From: an uncultured Thermoleophilia bacterium | Lineage (GTDB): Bacteria; Actinomycetota; Thermoleophilia; UBA2241 | Assembly (NCBI GenBank): GCA_963715985.1 | Contig: CAVQSP010000008.1 | Coordinates: 96,001-160,000, forward strand | DNA length: 64,000 nt | Reading direction: 5' to 3' | Shown here: piece by piece, positions 50,676 through 60,338 of the stretch | How positions within the stretch are numbered: position 1 is the stretch's first letter | Layout of the letters: each line of letters opens with the position of its first letter | Notes under the pieces: generated by a model | Seen by the model: only the letters and a program-made list of their open reading frames with translations | The model's database searches: none | What the model was told of the DNA's origin: nothing | Made by a program: the position numbers and the translations under genes

Positions 50676-52114
50676 CGCGTCGCCGACTGGGCGCGGACCC
50701 GCTTCGCCGGCTTCGCGCCGCCGTCGAACCCCACGCGGCGCATCTCGCCCCAGCCGTGCTTCTTGCGCAGGAAGTCGACCGTCGCCTGCGCGCGCCAGAC
50801 GGCCTGGATCTGACGGTAGCCGAAGTTCTCGAGGACGGTGAAGAGCAGCAGCCGGCCGAGGGCGCGGCGCGAACCGTAGCGCTCGACCCTCGCCTGGTCC
50901 AGCAGGATGGCCGCCACGGAGAGGAAGACTCCATAGCCCACGGCCAGCAGGAAGAACAGCACCACGAAGCGGACGCCGACGACGCCGAAGGCGATGGAGA
51001 CGAGGAGGACCGCGTAACCGGCCACCTCCACCAGCGGTCCGACGGCCTCGAAGAGGAGATTGTAGGGGAGGGCGATGAGACCGACAGGTCCGTACTTCGG
51101 CCTGCCCATCATGCGCCTGCTGGCCCACAGGCACTCGAGGAGCCCGCGGTGCCAGCGGTTCCGTTGCCGGCGGAGCATGCGCAGGCTCTCAGGGGCCTCC
51201 GTCCACACCACCGGATCCGGGACGAACACGATGCGGTACCGCTCGCGGCGTTCGCGGTAGAGCTCGTGCAGCCGCAGCACGAGGTCCATGTCCTCGCCGA
51301 CCGTGTCCGTGCGGTACCCGCCCACCTGCACGACGGCGTCCTTCTTGAACACGCCGAACGCGCCCGAGATGACGAAGAGGGCGCGGAGCTGGCTCCAGCC
51401 TGTGCGGTTGGCGAGGAAGGCGCGCAGGTACTCGACGACCTGCAGCGTGGCCAGGCTCGTGCGCGGTGGCCGGACCTCCGTGACCGTGCCGTCCTGCACG
51501 ACGCAGCCGTTGACCACGCGGACGATGCCGCTCGAGGCTACGGTCTCGCGCGGCCGGTCCATGAACGGCTTGACGACGCGGAGCAGCGCGTCCTGCTCGA
51601 GGATCGCGTCGGCGTCGATGGCGCACACCAGCGGGAACCGCGCGGCGTCCACGCCGGCGTTGAGGGCGTCCGCCTTGCCCCCGTTCTCCTTGGCCAGCAC
51701 GGTGAGGTTGTCGACCTTGCGTGAGATGTAGACTCCGCGGAGACGGCCACAGGGCAGAGTGAGACGGACGGGGCGGTCGATCTTCTCCAGCGAGAACGCC
51801 TCGATGAGCCGCTCGAGGGTGGCGTCCGTGGACCCGTCGTCGACGACGACGATCTCGAACTCCCCGTACTTCTGGAGTCGCAGCGCCTGCACCGCCTGCA
51901 CGATGGTGCTCTCCTCGTTGTACGCGGGCATCAGCACCGAGACCGGCAGGGTCAGCGGCGAGTGCAGGATGACGTCATAGCCGCCGAAGCGCATGCGCCG
52001 GCCGTGCTGCTGCGTTTCGCGGACGGAGAGGACGAGCAGCAGCGTGTAGACGACGTTGATCGCGAAGAAGTACACGAGGACGATGTCGTTGATGGCTCTG
52101 ATCACGGCGTCCAT
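50672..52114 (-). CDS. Processive GT2 beta-glycan synthase
   Basis: PAYNE, DDGSTD, GGKADALN, DAD, GEDMD, QRNRW; N- and C-terminal TM helices. Confidence 0.92.
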   Translation of the reverse strand: MDAVIRAINDIVLVYFFAINVVYTLLLVLSVRETQQHGRRMRFGGYDVILHSPLTLPVSVLMPAYNEESTIVQAVQALRLQKYGEFEIVVVDDGSTDATLERLIEAFSLEKIDRPVRLTLPCGRLRGVYISRKVDNLTVLAKENGGKADALNAGVDAARFPLVCAIDADAILEQDALLRVVKPFMDRPRETVASSGIVRVVNGCVVQDGTVTEVRPPRTSLATLQVVEYLRAFLANRTGWSQLRALFVISGAFGVFKKDAVVQVGGYRTDTVGEDMDLVLRLHELYRERRERYRIVFVPDPVVWTEAPESLRMLRRQRNRWHRGLLECLWASRRMMGRPKYGPVGLIALPYNLLFEAVGPLVEVAGYAVLLVSIAFGVVGVRFVVLFFLLAVGYGVFLSVAAILLDQARVERYGSRRALGRLLLFTVLENFGYRQIQAVWRAQATVDFLRKKHGWGEMRRVGFDGGAKPAKRVRAQSATR

Positions 52115-53151
52115 CAGCCGGCTCTCCTGACCCCGAAGACCTCGAGCACGGCCTGCGCCTGGTCGCGCACGAAGGCGTCCTTGTGGCGTTTGAGCCGCTG
52201 CAGCTTGCGGCGCCCTTCGGGGCCGATGCGGGCAAGCGATTCGGCGCAGTTGACGCGCACCCACCAGCTTTCATCGGGCATGGCCCGCGCGAGGCTCGGC
52301 ACGACACCCGGGTGGCCGATGCGACCGAGGCCCTTGGCGGCCTGGGCGCGGACCTGCCAGGCGGGATCCTTGAGCGCCGCCAGGAGTCCCGCCTCGGCCT
52401 CCAGGCCGCCCAGTTTGCCGAGGGCCGCGGCCGCTTGCGCCCGCAGGTTGAGGTCCTCGTCATGCAGGAGCTCGAGCAGGTCGGGCGTGGCGTCCGGGTC
52501 GCGGATCTCGCCGAGGATCTGCACGGCCGCGACCCGTACGTTGTGCTCAGGGCCGGCGACGAGCTCCAGCAGCGGTGGGACCGCGGCAGGGCCCATCGCG
52601 ATGAGGTTCTCGGCCACCAGTGACAGCGTCCAGCGGGAGGGGTCGGCGAGGGCACGCGCGAGCGCAGGCACTGCTGCCGGGTCACGGATGGCCGCCAGGC
52701 CCCGCGCGGCGACGGTGCGCACGTCTTCGCTCGGGTCGTCCAGTGCGGCCACCAGAGAGGGTACCGCAGCGCGCACGCGGAGGCGGCCGAGCATGTCGGC
52801 CGCCTCCGCGCGCCGCCAGGCGGCGCGGGCGTGCAGGCGATGGAGCAGATCGGCGATCACGCCCTGCTCGGCCAGACAGTCGGTGAGTCGCTCGGCGTCG
52901 CGGCCCCGCACCACGCTCATGTAGCGGAGCACGAGCTCGAGCAGGGCCTCGCGCTCGCCTTGGGGGACGTCCGGCAGCGGTCTTCCTTGCACGATGCACG
53001 CTTCCACCGGCTCGCGCAGGCGCTCGACGAGTCGGGCGTGCTCGCGGGTCCGGCGCGACTGCAGGCTGCCGCGCACCAGGGTCACCACGATGAGCGTGAC
53101 ACTGATCAGGTACAGCACGGCGACCGCGATGGTCAGCGCGTCAAGTCCCAA
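52114..53151 (-). CDS. Membrane-anchored HEAT-repeat protein
   Basis: N-terminal TM; repeats L.D....VR..AA..LG; TGATG coupling to the GT2 gene. Confidence 0.9.
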   Translation of the reverse strand: MGLDALTIAVAVLYLISVTLIVVTLVRGSLQSRRTREHARLVERLREPVEACIVQGRPLPDVPQGEREALLELVLRYMSVVRGRDAERLTDCLAEQGVIADLLHRLHARAAWRRAEAADMLGRLRVRAAVPSLVAALDDPSEDVRTVAARGLAAIRDPAAVPALARALADPSRWTLSLVAENLIAMGPAAVPPLLELVAGPEHNVRVAAVQILGEIRDPDATPDLLELLHDEDLNLRAQAAAALGKLGGLEAEAGLLAALKDPAWQVRAQAAKGLGRIGHPGVVPSLARAMPDESWWVRVNCAESLARIGPEGRRKLQRLKRHKDAFVRDQAQAVLEVFGVRRAG

Positions 53152-53295
53152 GCAGCCCTCTGTCTTCCCCCCGTGAATGGAGCGTTCTTCCCGCCTACTC
53201 GTTATCGGCAGCGACGCTCATATCGAGAGTGCACGGGAGTGGGTCTCCAGGACGCAGCCTCAGGCTTCGGTGGGCTCGTGCCGAAAGGAAGGAGC

Positions 53296-55512
53296 ATGGC
53301 CGTACCCCGACACGAGCCTCCGGCTCCCGCCGCGGTGGCGGCGGCCAAGCCGCGATGGCGGCGCGTTCGCGCTGTCGCCGCCGCCGTCTGCCTGCTCGCG
53401 ATCGCCATCTGCGTCGCCGGCTGTGCCGGCACGGCGCGGCAGAGCGCGCCGGAGCCCGTGTCCTGGGCGCCGCGACCAGACGTACGCGCCGGCCTCAGGC
53501 AGCTCGCCTACGTGGCCGGCGACAAGTTCTACCTGCCGACCGCCTCCGGCCGGCGCGCGTTCATCGCCGGCGTGAACCTCGGGTCCACCATCCCGGGGAA
53601 GCTCCCGGGAGAGCTCGCCACCCGTGCGTCCGACTACCGGCGTTGGTTCCCACAGATGTCGGCGCTGGGCTTGCGCGCGATCCGCATCTACACGATCCTG
53701 CGACCCTGCTTCTACACTGAGCTGGCCGCGTACAACCGCACGCATACCGATGCCCCTCTCTACCTGGTGCAGGGCGTCTGGATCCCCGAGGAGCAGTTCC
53801 TGGCGGGGCACGACCTGTACGCGCCCGCGGTGCGCTCCGGGTTCCTCCGCGAGATCGACGACGCCGTCAGGGCGGTCCACGGCGGCCTGCGCCGGTCGCC
53901 GCGTCGCGGCGTGGCCTCCGGGGCCTGGACCGCGGATGTCAGCCCATGGTTGCTCGCGTACTCGCTCGGCGTGGAGTGGGACCCGGTCGCGACCAAGGCG
54001 TCCGACAAGAAGAACGCCGGCACGCCGCGCTTCCGCGGCAGGTACTTCTCGTCCACCGCGGGTGCATCCCCCACGGAGAGCTGGCTGGCGGCGGCGCTCG
54101 ACCGCTGCGCGGCCGATGAGGCGCGGCGCGGACTCACCGTGCCCTTGACCTTCACGAACTGGCCGACCACCGATCCGCTCGCACACCCGGACGAGCCGCT
54201 GGCCGGCGAGGACCTCGTCGGTGTGGACGCCGCGCACATCCGTGCCCGCGCAGCCTGGCCCGCCGGGTTCTTCGCGAGCTACCACGTGTACCCGTACTAC
54301 CCGGACTTCCAGCGGCACGAGCCGGCTCTGCGCGACTACCGCTATCACGGCCGCAGCGACCCGTACGCGGGCTACCTCGCGCAGCTGCGCGAGCACCACG
54401 CGGGCGTGCCGCTGATGATCACCGAGTTCGGCGTGCCTTCGTCGCTCGGCACGGCGCACATGGGACCGCTGGGCCGCTCACAGGGCGATCACTCCGAGCA
54501 GCAGGCGATGGCCCAGGACGCCGAGCTCCTGCGCATCATCCGCGATCAAGGCTGCGCCGGTGGCTTCGTCTTCGAGTGGGCCGACGAGTGGTTCAAGTTC
54601 ACCTGGAACACCGTCGACTACGAGCTTCCCGGCGAGCGTCGCCAGCTGTGGGTCAACCCGCTGACCAACGAGGAACACTTCGGACTGGCTGCCACCGACC
54701 CCGGAGCGACATCCGTCGTCACGATCGACGGGAGAGGGGACGAGTGGCTCGACAACGGCTCGCAGGTCATCCAGGAGAGCCGCGGGGCGCTGCGGGAGGT
54801 GCGCGCGGTCAAGGACGAGGGCTACCTCTATCTGCGCCTCATCCTCGACGACCCGTCGCTCTGGCAACGCGAGGCCATCACCCTCGGCATCGACGTGCTG
54901 CCGGGCGGCAACGGCGGGCTGCCGGGCCTGCCCTACGTCGACGCGGGCGCGGACTACGCGGTCGTGCTCGGCCCCGGGCGTCGAGGGTCCGCGCTGGTCT
55001 CGTCGCACGACGACCCCTTCTGGGTGACCTACGGCGTCGCGCAGAAGTACCTGGACCAGGTGAAGCCGGCGTACCCCGCCGGACCAGGGGTCGGGGTGTG
55101 GCACCTGCAGCGGCAGATCACCAACCGTCCGCTGGTCGTGCCCAGCACCGGCCGGCATCTTCCGCTCGAATGGTTCGACGTGGGCAAGCTGAGGTTCGGG
55201 ACGACCGACCCGGCCTCCCCTCGCTTCGACTGCCGGGTCACCTGGGCGGCAGGCGACTGCGTCGAGATCCGCCTGCCGTACGCGCTCATCGGCTTCGCCG
55301 ACCCCTCGTCTCGCCGGGCGCTCGTCGTCCGTCGCGACGGAACGGTCAGCACCGCCGCGGTCGCCCGGGTCGGGATCGACGTGGCCGTAGGTCGCGAGGT
55401 GGCGACGACGAACGGCTACTCGTGGGACCCGTGGCAGGTGGTCGCGTGGCACGAGCGTCAGAAGGCCGGCATCGGCGTGCTGGCGGCCGCCGTTCGCGAG
55501 ACGATGCGCTGA
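53296..55512 (+). CDS. Putative lipoprotein glycoside hydrolase (clan-A-like TIM barrel)
   Basis: Lipobox VAGC; GVNLG, IRIYTI, LGVEW, SYHVYPYYP, ITEFGVP, FEWADEWFK. Confidence 0.75.
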   Translation: MAVPRHEPPAPAAVAAAKPRWRRVRAVAAAVCLLAIAICVAGCAGTARQSAPEPVSWAPRPDVRAGLRQLAYVAGDKFYLPTASGRRAFIAGVNLGSTIPGKLPGELATRASDYRRWFPQMSALGLRAIRIYTILRPCFYTELAAYNRTHTDAPLYLVQGVWIPEEQFLAGHDLYAPAVRSGFLREIDDAVRAVHGGLRRSPRRGVASGAWTADVSPWLLAYSLGVEWDPVATKASDKKNAGTPRFRGRYFSSTAGASPTESWLAAALDRCAADEARRGLTVPLTFTNWPTTDPLAHPDEPLAGEDLVGVDAAHIRARAAWPAGFFASYHVYPYYPDFQRHEPALRDYRYHGRSDPYAGYLAQLREHHAGVPLMITEFGVPSSLGTAHMGPLGRSQGDHSEQQAMAQDAELLRIIRDQGCAGGFVFEWADEWFKFTWNTVDYELPGERRQLWVNPLTNEEHFGLAATDPGATSVVTIDGRGDEWLDNGSQVIQESRGALREVRAVKDEGYLYLRLILDDPSLWQREAITLGIDVLPGGNGGLPGLPYVDAGADYAVVLGPGRRGSALVSSHDDPFWVTYGVAQKYLDQVKPAYPAGPGVGVWHLQRQITNRPLVVPSTGRHLPLEWFDVGKLRFGTTDPASPRFDCRVTWAAGDCVEIRLPYALIGFADPSSRRALVVRRDGTVSTAAVARVGIDVAVGREVATTNGYSWDPWQVVAWHERQKAGIGVLAAAVRETMR

Positions 55513-55599
55513 CGAGGCACGATGCCCGGCGGGTCCGGACAGCCCAGCCGGCGGGCCGGCCGGGCGCTTGCGACCTCCGCCACCTGCGCACGCTGAAAC

Positions 55600-55640
55600 G
55601 CTGAGGCCGGGTGCACCGATTCGGTGCACCCGGCCTCAGC
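55600..55640. terminator. Perfect 20-bp inverted repeat between convergent genes
   Basis: GCTGAGGCCGGGTGCACCGA-T-TCGGTGCACCCGGCCTCAGC. Confidence 0.8.
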
Positions 55641-55708
55641 CGCTTCCGCCCGGCGCCGGCAGCAGTGAGCTCCCTGGACAGCGGACCTCCGGCGCCCGGC
55701 GGTGGTGA

Positions 55709-56120
55709 TCAGGGTTGTGAGCTGCTGCCGGCGCCCGTCCCGGACGTGGTGGCGGCGGCGCCGCCGATGTCGAACGTGCGGCCCACCGCGAACCCGCCGC
55801 GGGCAGGGCTGCGCTTGACGGCGGAGCTCGTCACGACGGCCGCCTCGCCGCTGCTCTGCGTCTGCGTCGCCGCGCTCGCCGCCACCTGCTGCATCTGGTG
55901 ATGGATGGCGGTGCGGCCGTGGCCGCCGCCGCGGTGGATCTGGGCCGTGGCGGGCCCCTGGATCGCCGCCGCGAGGAGCAGCCCGACGAGGGCGCCGACG
56001 ACGATGGCACCGACGATCACGCCGACCGTCGTGGCCAGGGGACGCCTTGCCTCGCGCTCGGCGCGGTGTCCGAACTGCGGTAGCTGTCCCCTGATGGTGC
56101 TGGCTGTGCGTGCTCATCAT
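55709..56120 (-). CDS. Small membrane-anchored hypothetical protein (probable 1-nt frameshift just after the start)
   Basis: SD GGAGGGG then ATGATG; TM segment VGVIVGAIVVGALVGLLLAAAI; low-complexity tail. Confidence 0.5.
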
Positions 56121-56183
56121 TCCCCTCCGTTTCTCGCCTGGCTCGACGGGTCATCGCCTCCCGAGCGCCCCGTCGTCGTTGTC

Positions 56184-56229
56184 ACCCTACGGCGCGCATC
56201 CCGCCCAGGCTTCACCCCATCAGGGTGAA
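56184..56229 (-). promoter_or_regulatory. Promoter with palindromic operator TTCACCC-N5-GGGTGAA and -10 TAGGGT
   Basis: Same layout and 21-nt spacing as at 56772-56817. Confidence 0.65.
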
Positions 56230-56269
56230 CCCGGCTGCGCCCCCTCGCTGCCGCCCCGGGCGATGGTCG

Positions 56270-56710
56270 TCATCGTTCAGTCGCGGGCGGTGTGGTGCAG
56301 GCGCCGCGTGGCGAGGCGCCGCGAGAGAAGCTGCCGGACAGCAGATCCGCGTGCAGACCGCGGACCCGGAGCTCGCTGGCCTGCCGCGCGCTGACCCGGT
56401 ACACGACCTGTGCCGCGGTGCCGCCGGCGGGCGCCTGCACCGCGCTGCTCGCCGGTGTGGCGTTGCGGGCCTCCAGCGCGCGCTGCAGGGCCGCGCGGCC
56501 GTGAGCCCCGCCGCGGTAGGTCAGCACGTCCGTGGGCACGGGCCGTGCTGCGAAGCTCGCCAGCAGGAGCAGGGTGACGACGATCGCGATGCCCGCGACG
56601 GCCACAAGGCCGCCGTACTTCACAGCCGAACGGGGGCCGGCCGTTGCCCGGCGTCCGTGCTCCTGCGGCATCATCCATGGTCTCGTGCTGGCGTGGCCCG
56701 GCATGCTCAT
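56270..56710 (-). CDS. Small membrane-anchored hypothetical protein
   Basis: SD GGGAGGGG; TM segment LVAVAGIAIVVTLLLLASFAA. Confidence 0.55.
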   Translation of the reverse strand: MSMPGHASTRPWMMPQEHGRRATAGPRSAVKYGGLVAVAGIAIVVTLLLLASFAARPVPTDVLTYRGGAHGRAALQRALEARNATPASSAVQAPAGGTAAQVVYRVSARQASELRVRGLHADLLSGSFSRGASPRGACTTPPATER

Positions 56711-56771
56711 GGCCCCTCCCTCGCGTCGGTCCCTGCCCGCTGCGGCGTCGCCCCGCAGCGTCTCCGGGCAC

Positions 56772-56817
56772 AACCTACGGAGTTCCCGTAAGGTCGGCCT
56801 CACCTTGATGGGGTGAA
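56772..56817 (-). promoter_or_regulatory. Promoter with palindromic operator TTCACCCCATCAAGGTGAG and -10 TAGGTT
   Basis: Operator is nearly the reverse complement of 56211-56229, with identical spacing to the -10. Confidence 0.65.
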
Positions 56818-56871
56818 TCGGTCGCACCCGAGGCAGGCTGCGACCGGTGCCGGTGCACTACAATGGGTCGC

Positions 56872-57273
56872 ATGAGCACTCCCGGCTCGGCCCCAGCCCG
56901 TGACCTGCCGGAGACGACGGCGTCGCAGACCCTCGGCGACTCCGCGCCTCGCCGTACATGGCTGGCTGCCGAACGCACCTATCTGGCCTGGGTCCGCACC
57001 GCCCTCGGGGCGCTCGGTATGGCCCTGGCCGTCGGCCGCCTTCTGCCGGCGCTGACCGACGTCTCGCACGTCGCGTTCGGTCTGCTGGGCGCAGCCTACG
57101 GTGTGTTCGGACTGATCCTCGTTCTCCTGGCCGCCTACCGCTCAGCGAGCGTACGCAACTCCCTGGCGGCGCAGCAGCCGCTGCCGGAGCACGCGTGGAC
57201 CCTCTGGCTGGTCACGGCCTTCGCACTGGTGCTGGGCGCCTTCACCATCGTCCTGGTCCTGGTCGAGGTCTGA
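56872..57273 (+). CDS. DUF202/YidH-family membrane protein
   Basis: RTWLAAERTYLAWVRT, three TM helices; leaderless TACAAT upstream. Confidence 0.9.
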   Translation: MSTPGSAPARDLPETTASQTLGDSAPRRTWLAAERTYLAWVRTALGALGMALAVGRLLPALTDVSHVAFGLLGAAYGVFGLILVLLAAYRSASVRNSLAAQQPLPEHAWTLWLVTAFALVLGAFTIVLVLVEV

Positions 57274-57304
57274 CCCGGATGGTGCAGACCGGGAGAAGGG
57301 ACTC

Positions 57305-59629
57305 GTGAGCCAATTCGCCCCATCCCGGGAGCTGGTCGTCGACCTCTGCCACCGGCTCCTGGAGCGCGGCTATCTCAAGGCGACCGAAGGCAACGTCTCC
57401 GTGCGCGTGCCGGGGGAGGACGCGTTCGCCGTGACGCCGTCCAACTACGACTACGCCCTGATGCACACCGACGATATCTGCGTGCTTGACCACGACCTCA
57501 AGCGCCTCGAGGGCACGATGAAGGCCTCCATCGAGGCGGGCATGCACGCCGCCGTCTATGCGCGCCGGCCGGACGTCACCGCCATCATCCACACGCACCA
57601 GCCCTACGCGAGCGCCCTCGCCCTGGTGCGGCGTCCCATCCCGGCTCTGTTCGATGAGCAGGTGCGGTATCTGGGGCGCTCCGTGGAGATCGTCGACTAC
57701 GCGCCCTCCGGCACCTCGTTTCTGCGCAAGAACGTGGAGAAGGCCGTGGCGAGCGACGCCAACGCCTTCATCCTCGCCAATCACGGGGTGCTCGTGCTGG
57801 GGGGCGACGTGGAGCGCGCGGTGTTCAACATGGCGCTGCTCGAGAAGGTCGCCCTGGACTACCTGCTGGCGCTGATGACCGGCGACAAGGTGCACAAGGT
57901 GCCGGCGCCCATTCGCGAGATCGCCTTCGCCAAGCTGCGCCGCGACGAGAAGAAGCTGGCCCGGCAGGTCGCGGCGGCGCGCGAGGAGGCCGAGGCGGCG
58001 GAAGCGCGCGAGGCAGCTGAGGCAGAGGCTCGCGAGGCAGCCGAGGCGGAGGCTCGCGAAGCCGGTACGGCAGCGGCCGCGCCATCCGGACCGCGCGCGG
58101 CTGCGGAGGCCGCGCCCGTCGCGCCCGCCGCCGAGGCCGAGCCGCCGGCGCCGGGCGCGACGAGGCTCTCCGGCGCCCAGCTGGCCGGCTACGCCATCAG
58201 CGCGTACCCGGACGTGCCCGACGTGTACGCGCGCCTGGACGCGCTCGTGCGCCGGCCCATCCGCCCGCTCCGGCGCGAGGCCATGGCCGAGACGCTCGAC
58301 TACTACGAGAAGAAGTGTCGCCGCAGCCGCGAGCTCACCGACGAAGCGGGTGAGCTCATCCCCGGCGGCGTGCAGCACAACCTCGCCTTCAACTACCCGT
58401 TCCCGCTGGCCATCGCGAAGGCCGAGGGCGCCCGCCTGTGGGACGTGGACGGCAACGAGTACATCGACTTCCTGCAGGCCGGCGGTCCCACGGTGCTGGG
58501 CAGCAACTACGCGCCGCTGCGCGAGCAGGTCGCCGAGGTGGTGGCGGCCTCCGGCCCGGTCACGGGGCTGTTCCACGAGTACGAGCTCAAGCTGGCTGAG
58601 CTCGTCCACCGCCTCATGCCGGCCTGCGAGATGTTTCGCATGCTCGGCTCAGGCACGGAGAGCGTGATGGCGGCCGTGCGCGCCGCGCGCGCCTTCACCG
58701 GCAAGAAGTGGGTGATCAAGGTCGGCGGCGCCTACCACGGCTGGAGCGACCAGATGGTGTACGGGCTGCACGTGCCCGGCACGTGGCGCTTCGAGGCCAA
58801 GGGCATCCCGTACGGCGCCACGAGCCGCACGCGGGAGGTCTTCCCCAACGACCTCAAGGCGCTGCGCCGCAAGCTCGTGGAGAACCGCGCTCTGGGCGGC
58901 ACGGCGGCGGTCATCGTCGAGCCCGTCGGGCCGGAGAGCGGCACGCGGCCCGTGCCGTTCGGCTTCAACGCCGCCGTGCGCGAGCTCTGCGACGAGTTCG
59001 GGGCGCTGCTCGTCTTCGACGAGGTCGTGACGGGCTTCCGGCTCGGTCTGGGCGGGGCGCAGGGCTACTTCGGCGTGCGCCCCGACCTCACCGTGTTCGG
59101 CAAGTGCATCACCGGCGGCTATCCCATGGCCGGCGGCGTGGGCGGGCGCCGCGACGTGATGGCGAGCTTCGCCTCGGGCATCGGCGGCAAGAGCGGCGAA
59201 CGCGCGTACATCGGCGGCACGCTGAGCGCCAACCCGCTGAGCTGCGCCGCCGGCTACTTCGCGATCACGGAGATGGAGCGCACCAACGCCGCGGCGCTGG
59301 CCGGTGCGGCCGGCGACAGGCTCACCGCCGGCCTGCGCGACATCATCCGCCGCGACCGTCTCCCGTTCGTGGCGTACAACCAAGGCTCCATCGTGCACCT
59401 CGAGACCTCCGGGGTGATGCTGCTCGACCTGCGCCACCCGGTGCGTTTCGCCAGAGAGATGAAGCCGCGCAAGCACATGATGGAGGAGATGGGCGCGGCC
59501 TATGCCGCCAACGGCGTCATCACGCTGGCCGGGTCGCGCATGTACACGTCCATGGCCGACACCGACGACGTCATCGACGACGCGCTCGCGCGCTTCGAGC
59601 GCGTGCTCTCGCGCGTCGAAGGGGTCTGA
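57305..59629 (+). CDS. Class II aldolase/adducin - class III (GSA-like) aminotransferase fusion
   Basis: GNVS, TPS, HTH, LANHG; linker; GAYHG, FDEVVTGFR, FGKCITGG, GGTLSANPL. Confidence 0.88.
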   Translation: MSQFAPSRELVVDLCHRLLERGYLKATEGNVSVRVPGEDAFAVTPSNYDYALMHTDDICVLDHDLKRLEGTMKASIEAGMHAAVYARRPDVTAIIHTHQPYASALALVRRPIPALFDEQVRYLGRSVEIVDYAPSGTSFLRKNVEKAVASDANAFILANHGVLVLGGDVERAVFNMALLEKVALDYLLALMTGDKVHKVPAPIREIAFAKLRRDEKKLARQVAAAREEAEAAEAREAAEAEAREAAEAEAREAGTAAAAPSGPRAAAEAAPVAPAAEAEPPAPGATRLSGAQLAGYAISAYPDVPDVYARLDALVRRPIRPLRREAMAETLDYYEKKCRRSRELTDEAGELIPGGVQHNLAFNYPFPLAIAKAEGARLWDVDGNEYIDFLQAGGPTVLGSNYAPLREQVAEVVAASGPVTGLFHEYELKLAELVHRLMPACEMFRMLGSGTESVMAAVRAARAFTGKKWVIKVGGAYHGWSDQMVYGLHVPGTWRFEAKGIPYGATSRTREVFPNDLKALRRKLVENRALGGTAAVIVEPVGPESGTRPVPFGFNAAVRELCDEFGALLVFDEVVTGFRLGLGGAQGYFGVRPDLTVFGKCITGGYPMAGGVGGRRDVMASFASGIGGKSGERAYIGGTLSANPLSCAAGYFAITEMERTNAAALAGAAGDRLTAGLRDIIRRDRLPFVAYNQGSIVHLETSGVMLLDLRHPVRFAREMKPRKHMMEEMGAAYAANGVITLAGSRMYTSMADTDDVIDDALARFERVLSRVEGV
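57975..58062 (+). repeat. Approximately 24-nt coding repeats (EAAEAEAR) forming a helical linker
   Basis: AREEAEAAEAREAAEAEAREAAEAEAREA. Confidence 0.75.
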
Positions 59630-59638
59630 GCGCCCGCC

Positions 59639-60148
59639 TCACCAGCGTTCGTAGCGGACGAGCTCCTCCAGGGCGCGGCGGCCCGTCTGCGCGCGCTCCT
59701 TGTCCGGGTGACCGAGCGGCGTGAAGGCGATGGGCTCGACCTCGTCGGGCAGCCCGAGGACCTCGCGCGCGGCGTCCGGGTCGAAGGCCGCGATCCAGCA
59801 GGTGCCGAGGCCCAGGGCGGTGGCGGCCAGCACCATGTGGTCCATGGCGATGGTGGCATCCACCTCGTCGTACGGCTTGTCGTCCATGCGCCGCCACGCC
59901 TCGCCGGGGACGGCGACCACGGCGAGCACCAGCGGCGCCGTGAGGAACCAGGGCCGTCCGTAGATGCGGCTCAGCTCCTCCTCGCGGCCCGCCGTGTGGA
60001 CGACGATGATGCGGAACGGCTGGCGGTTGGCCGCGGTGGGCGCCTGCCGCGCCGCCTCGAGGACCTGGGCGAGGTCGTCGTCGCTCACGGCGTCCGGCTT
60101 GTACCCTCGCACGCTGTAGCGGCTCTTGATGGCTTTGAACACGTCCAC
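59639..60148 (-). CDS. Nitroreductase family protein
   Basis: RYSVRGY, APTAANRQP, LAATALGLGTCWI. Confidence 0.93.
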   Translation of the reverse strand: MDVFKAIKSRYSVRGYKPDAVSDDDLAQVLEAARQAPTAANRQPFRIIVVHTAGREEELSRIYGRPWFLTAPLVLAVVAVPGEAWRRMDDKPYDEVDATIAMDHMVLAATALGLGTCWIAAFDPDAAREVLGLPDEVEPIAFTPLGHPDKERAQTGRRALEELVRYERW

Positions 60149-60338
60149 GCCGTCCTCCTGCTCGTTCGCCCGACCGTCACCACCAGCATACCGCCACGCC
60201 GGGGCGATGCGCGGCCGTGTCCGCGTTCAGGCAAGGCCGGGGCAGCGCCCCCAGCCCGGGCTGAGTCCGGCCTTCTCTCGTCACCGCCGGACGCGGTAGG
60301 CTGGTGCGGCCCGTCCGCCTCGTGCCTCCGGAGCGATC

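Noticed and set aside
56805-56870. c-di-AMP riboswitch (TGGGGTGAATC plus hairpin)
   Set aside because: The other conserved segments (GGGGGAACC, CCCGxCAGCTAAC) are missing. The sequence is better explained as the palindromic operator.
57305-59629. hemL assignment
   Set aside because: Fused to an aldolase, divergent N-terminus and no tetrapyrrole gene context.
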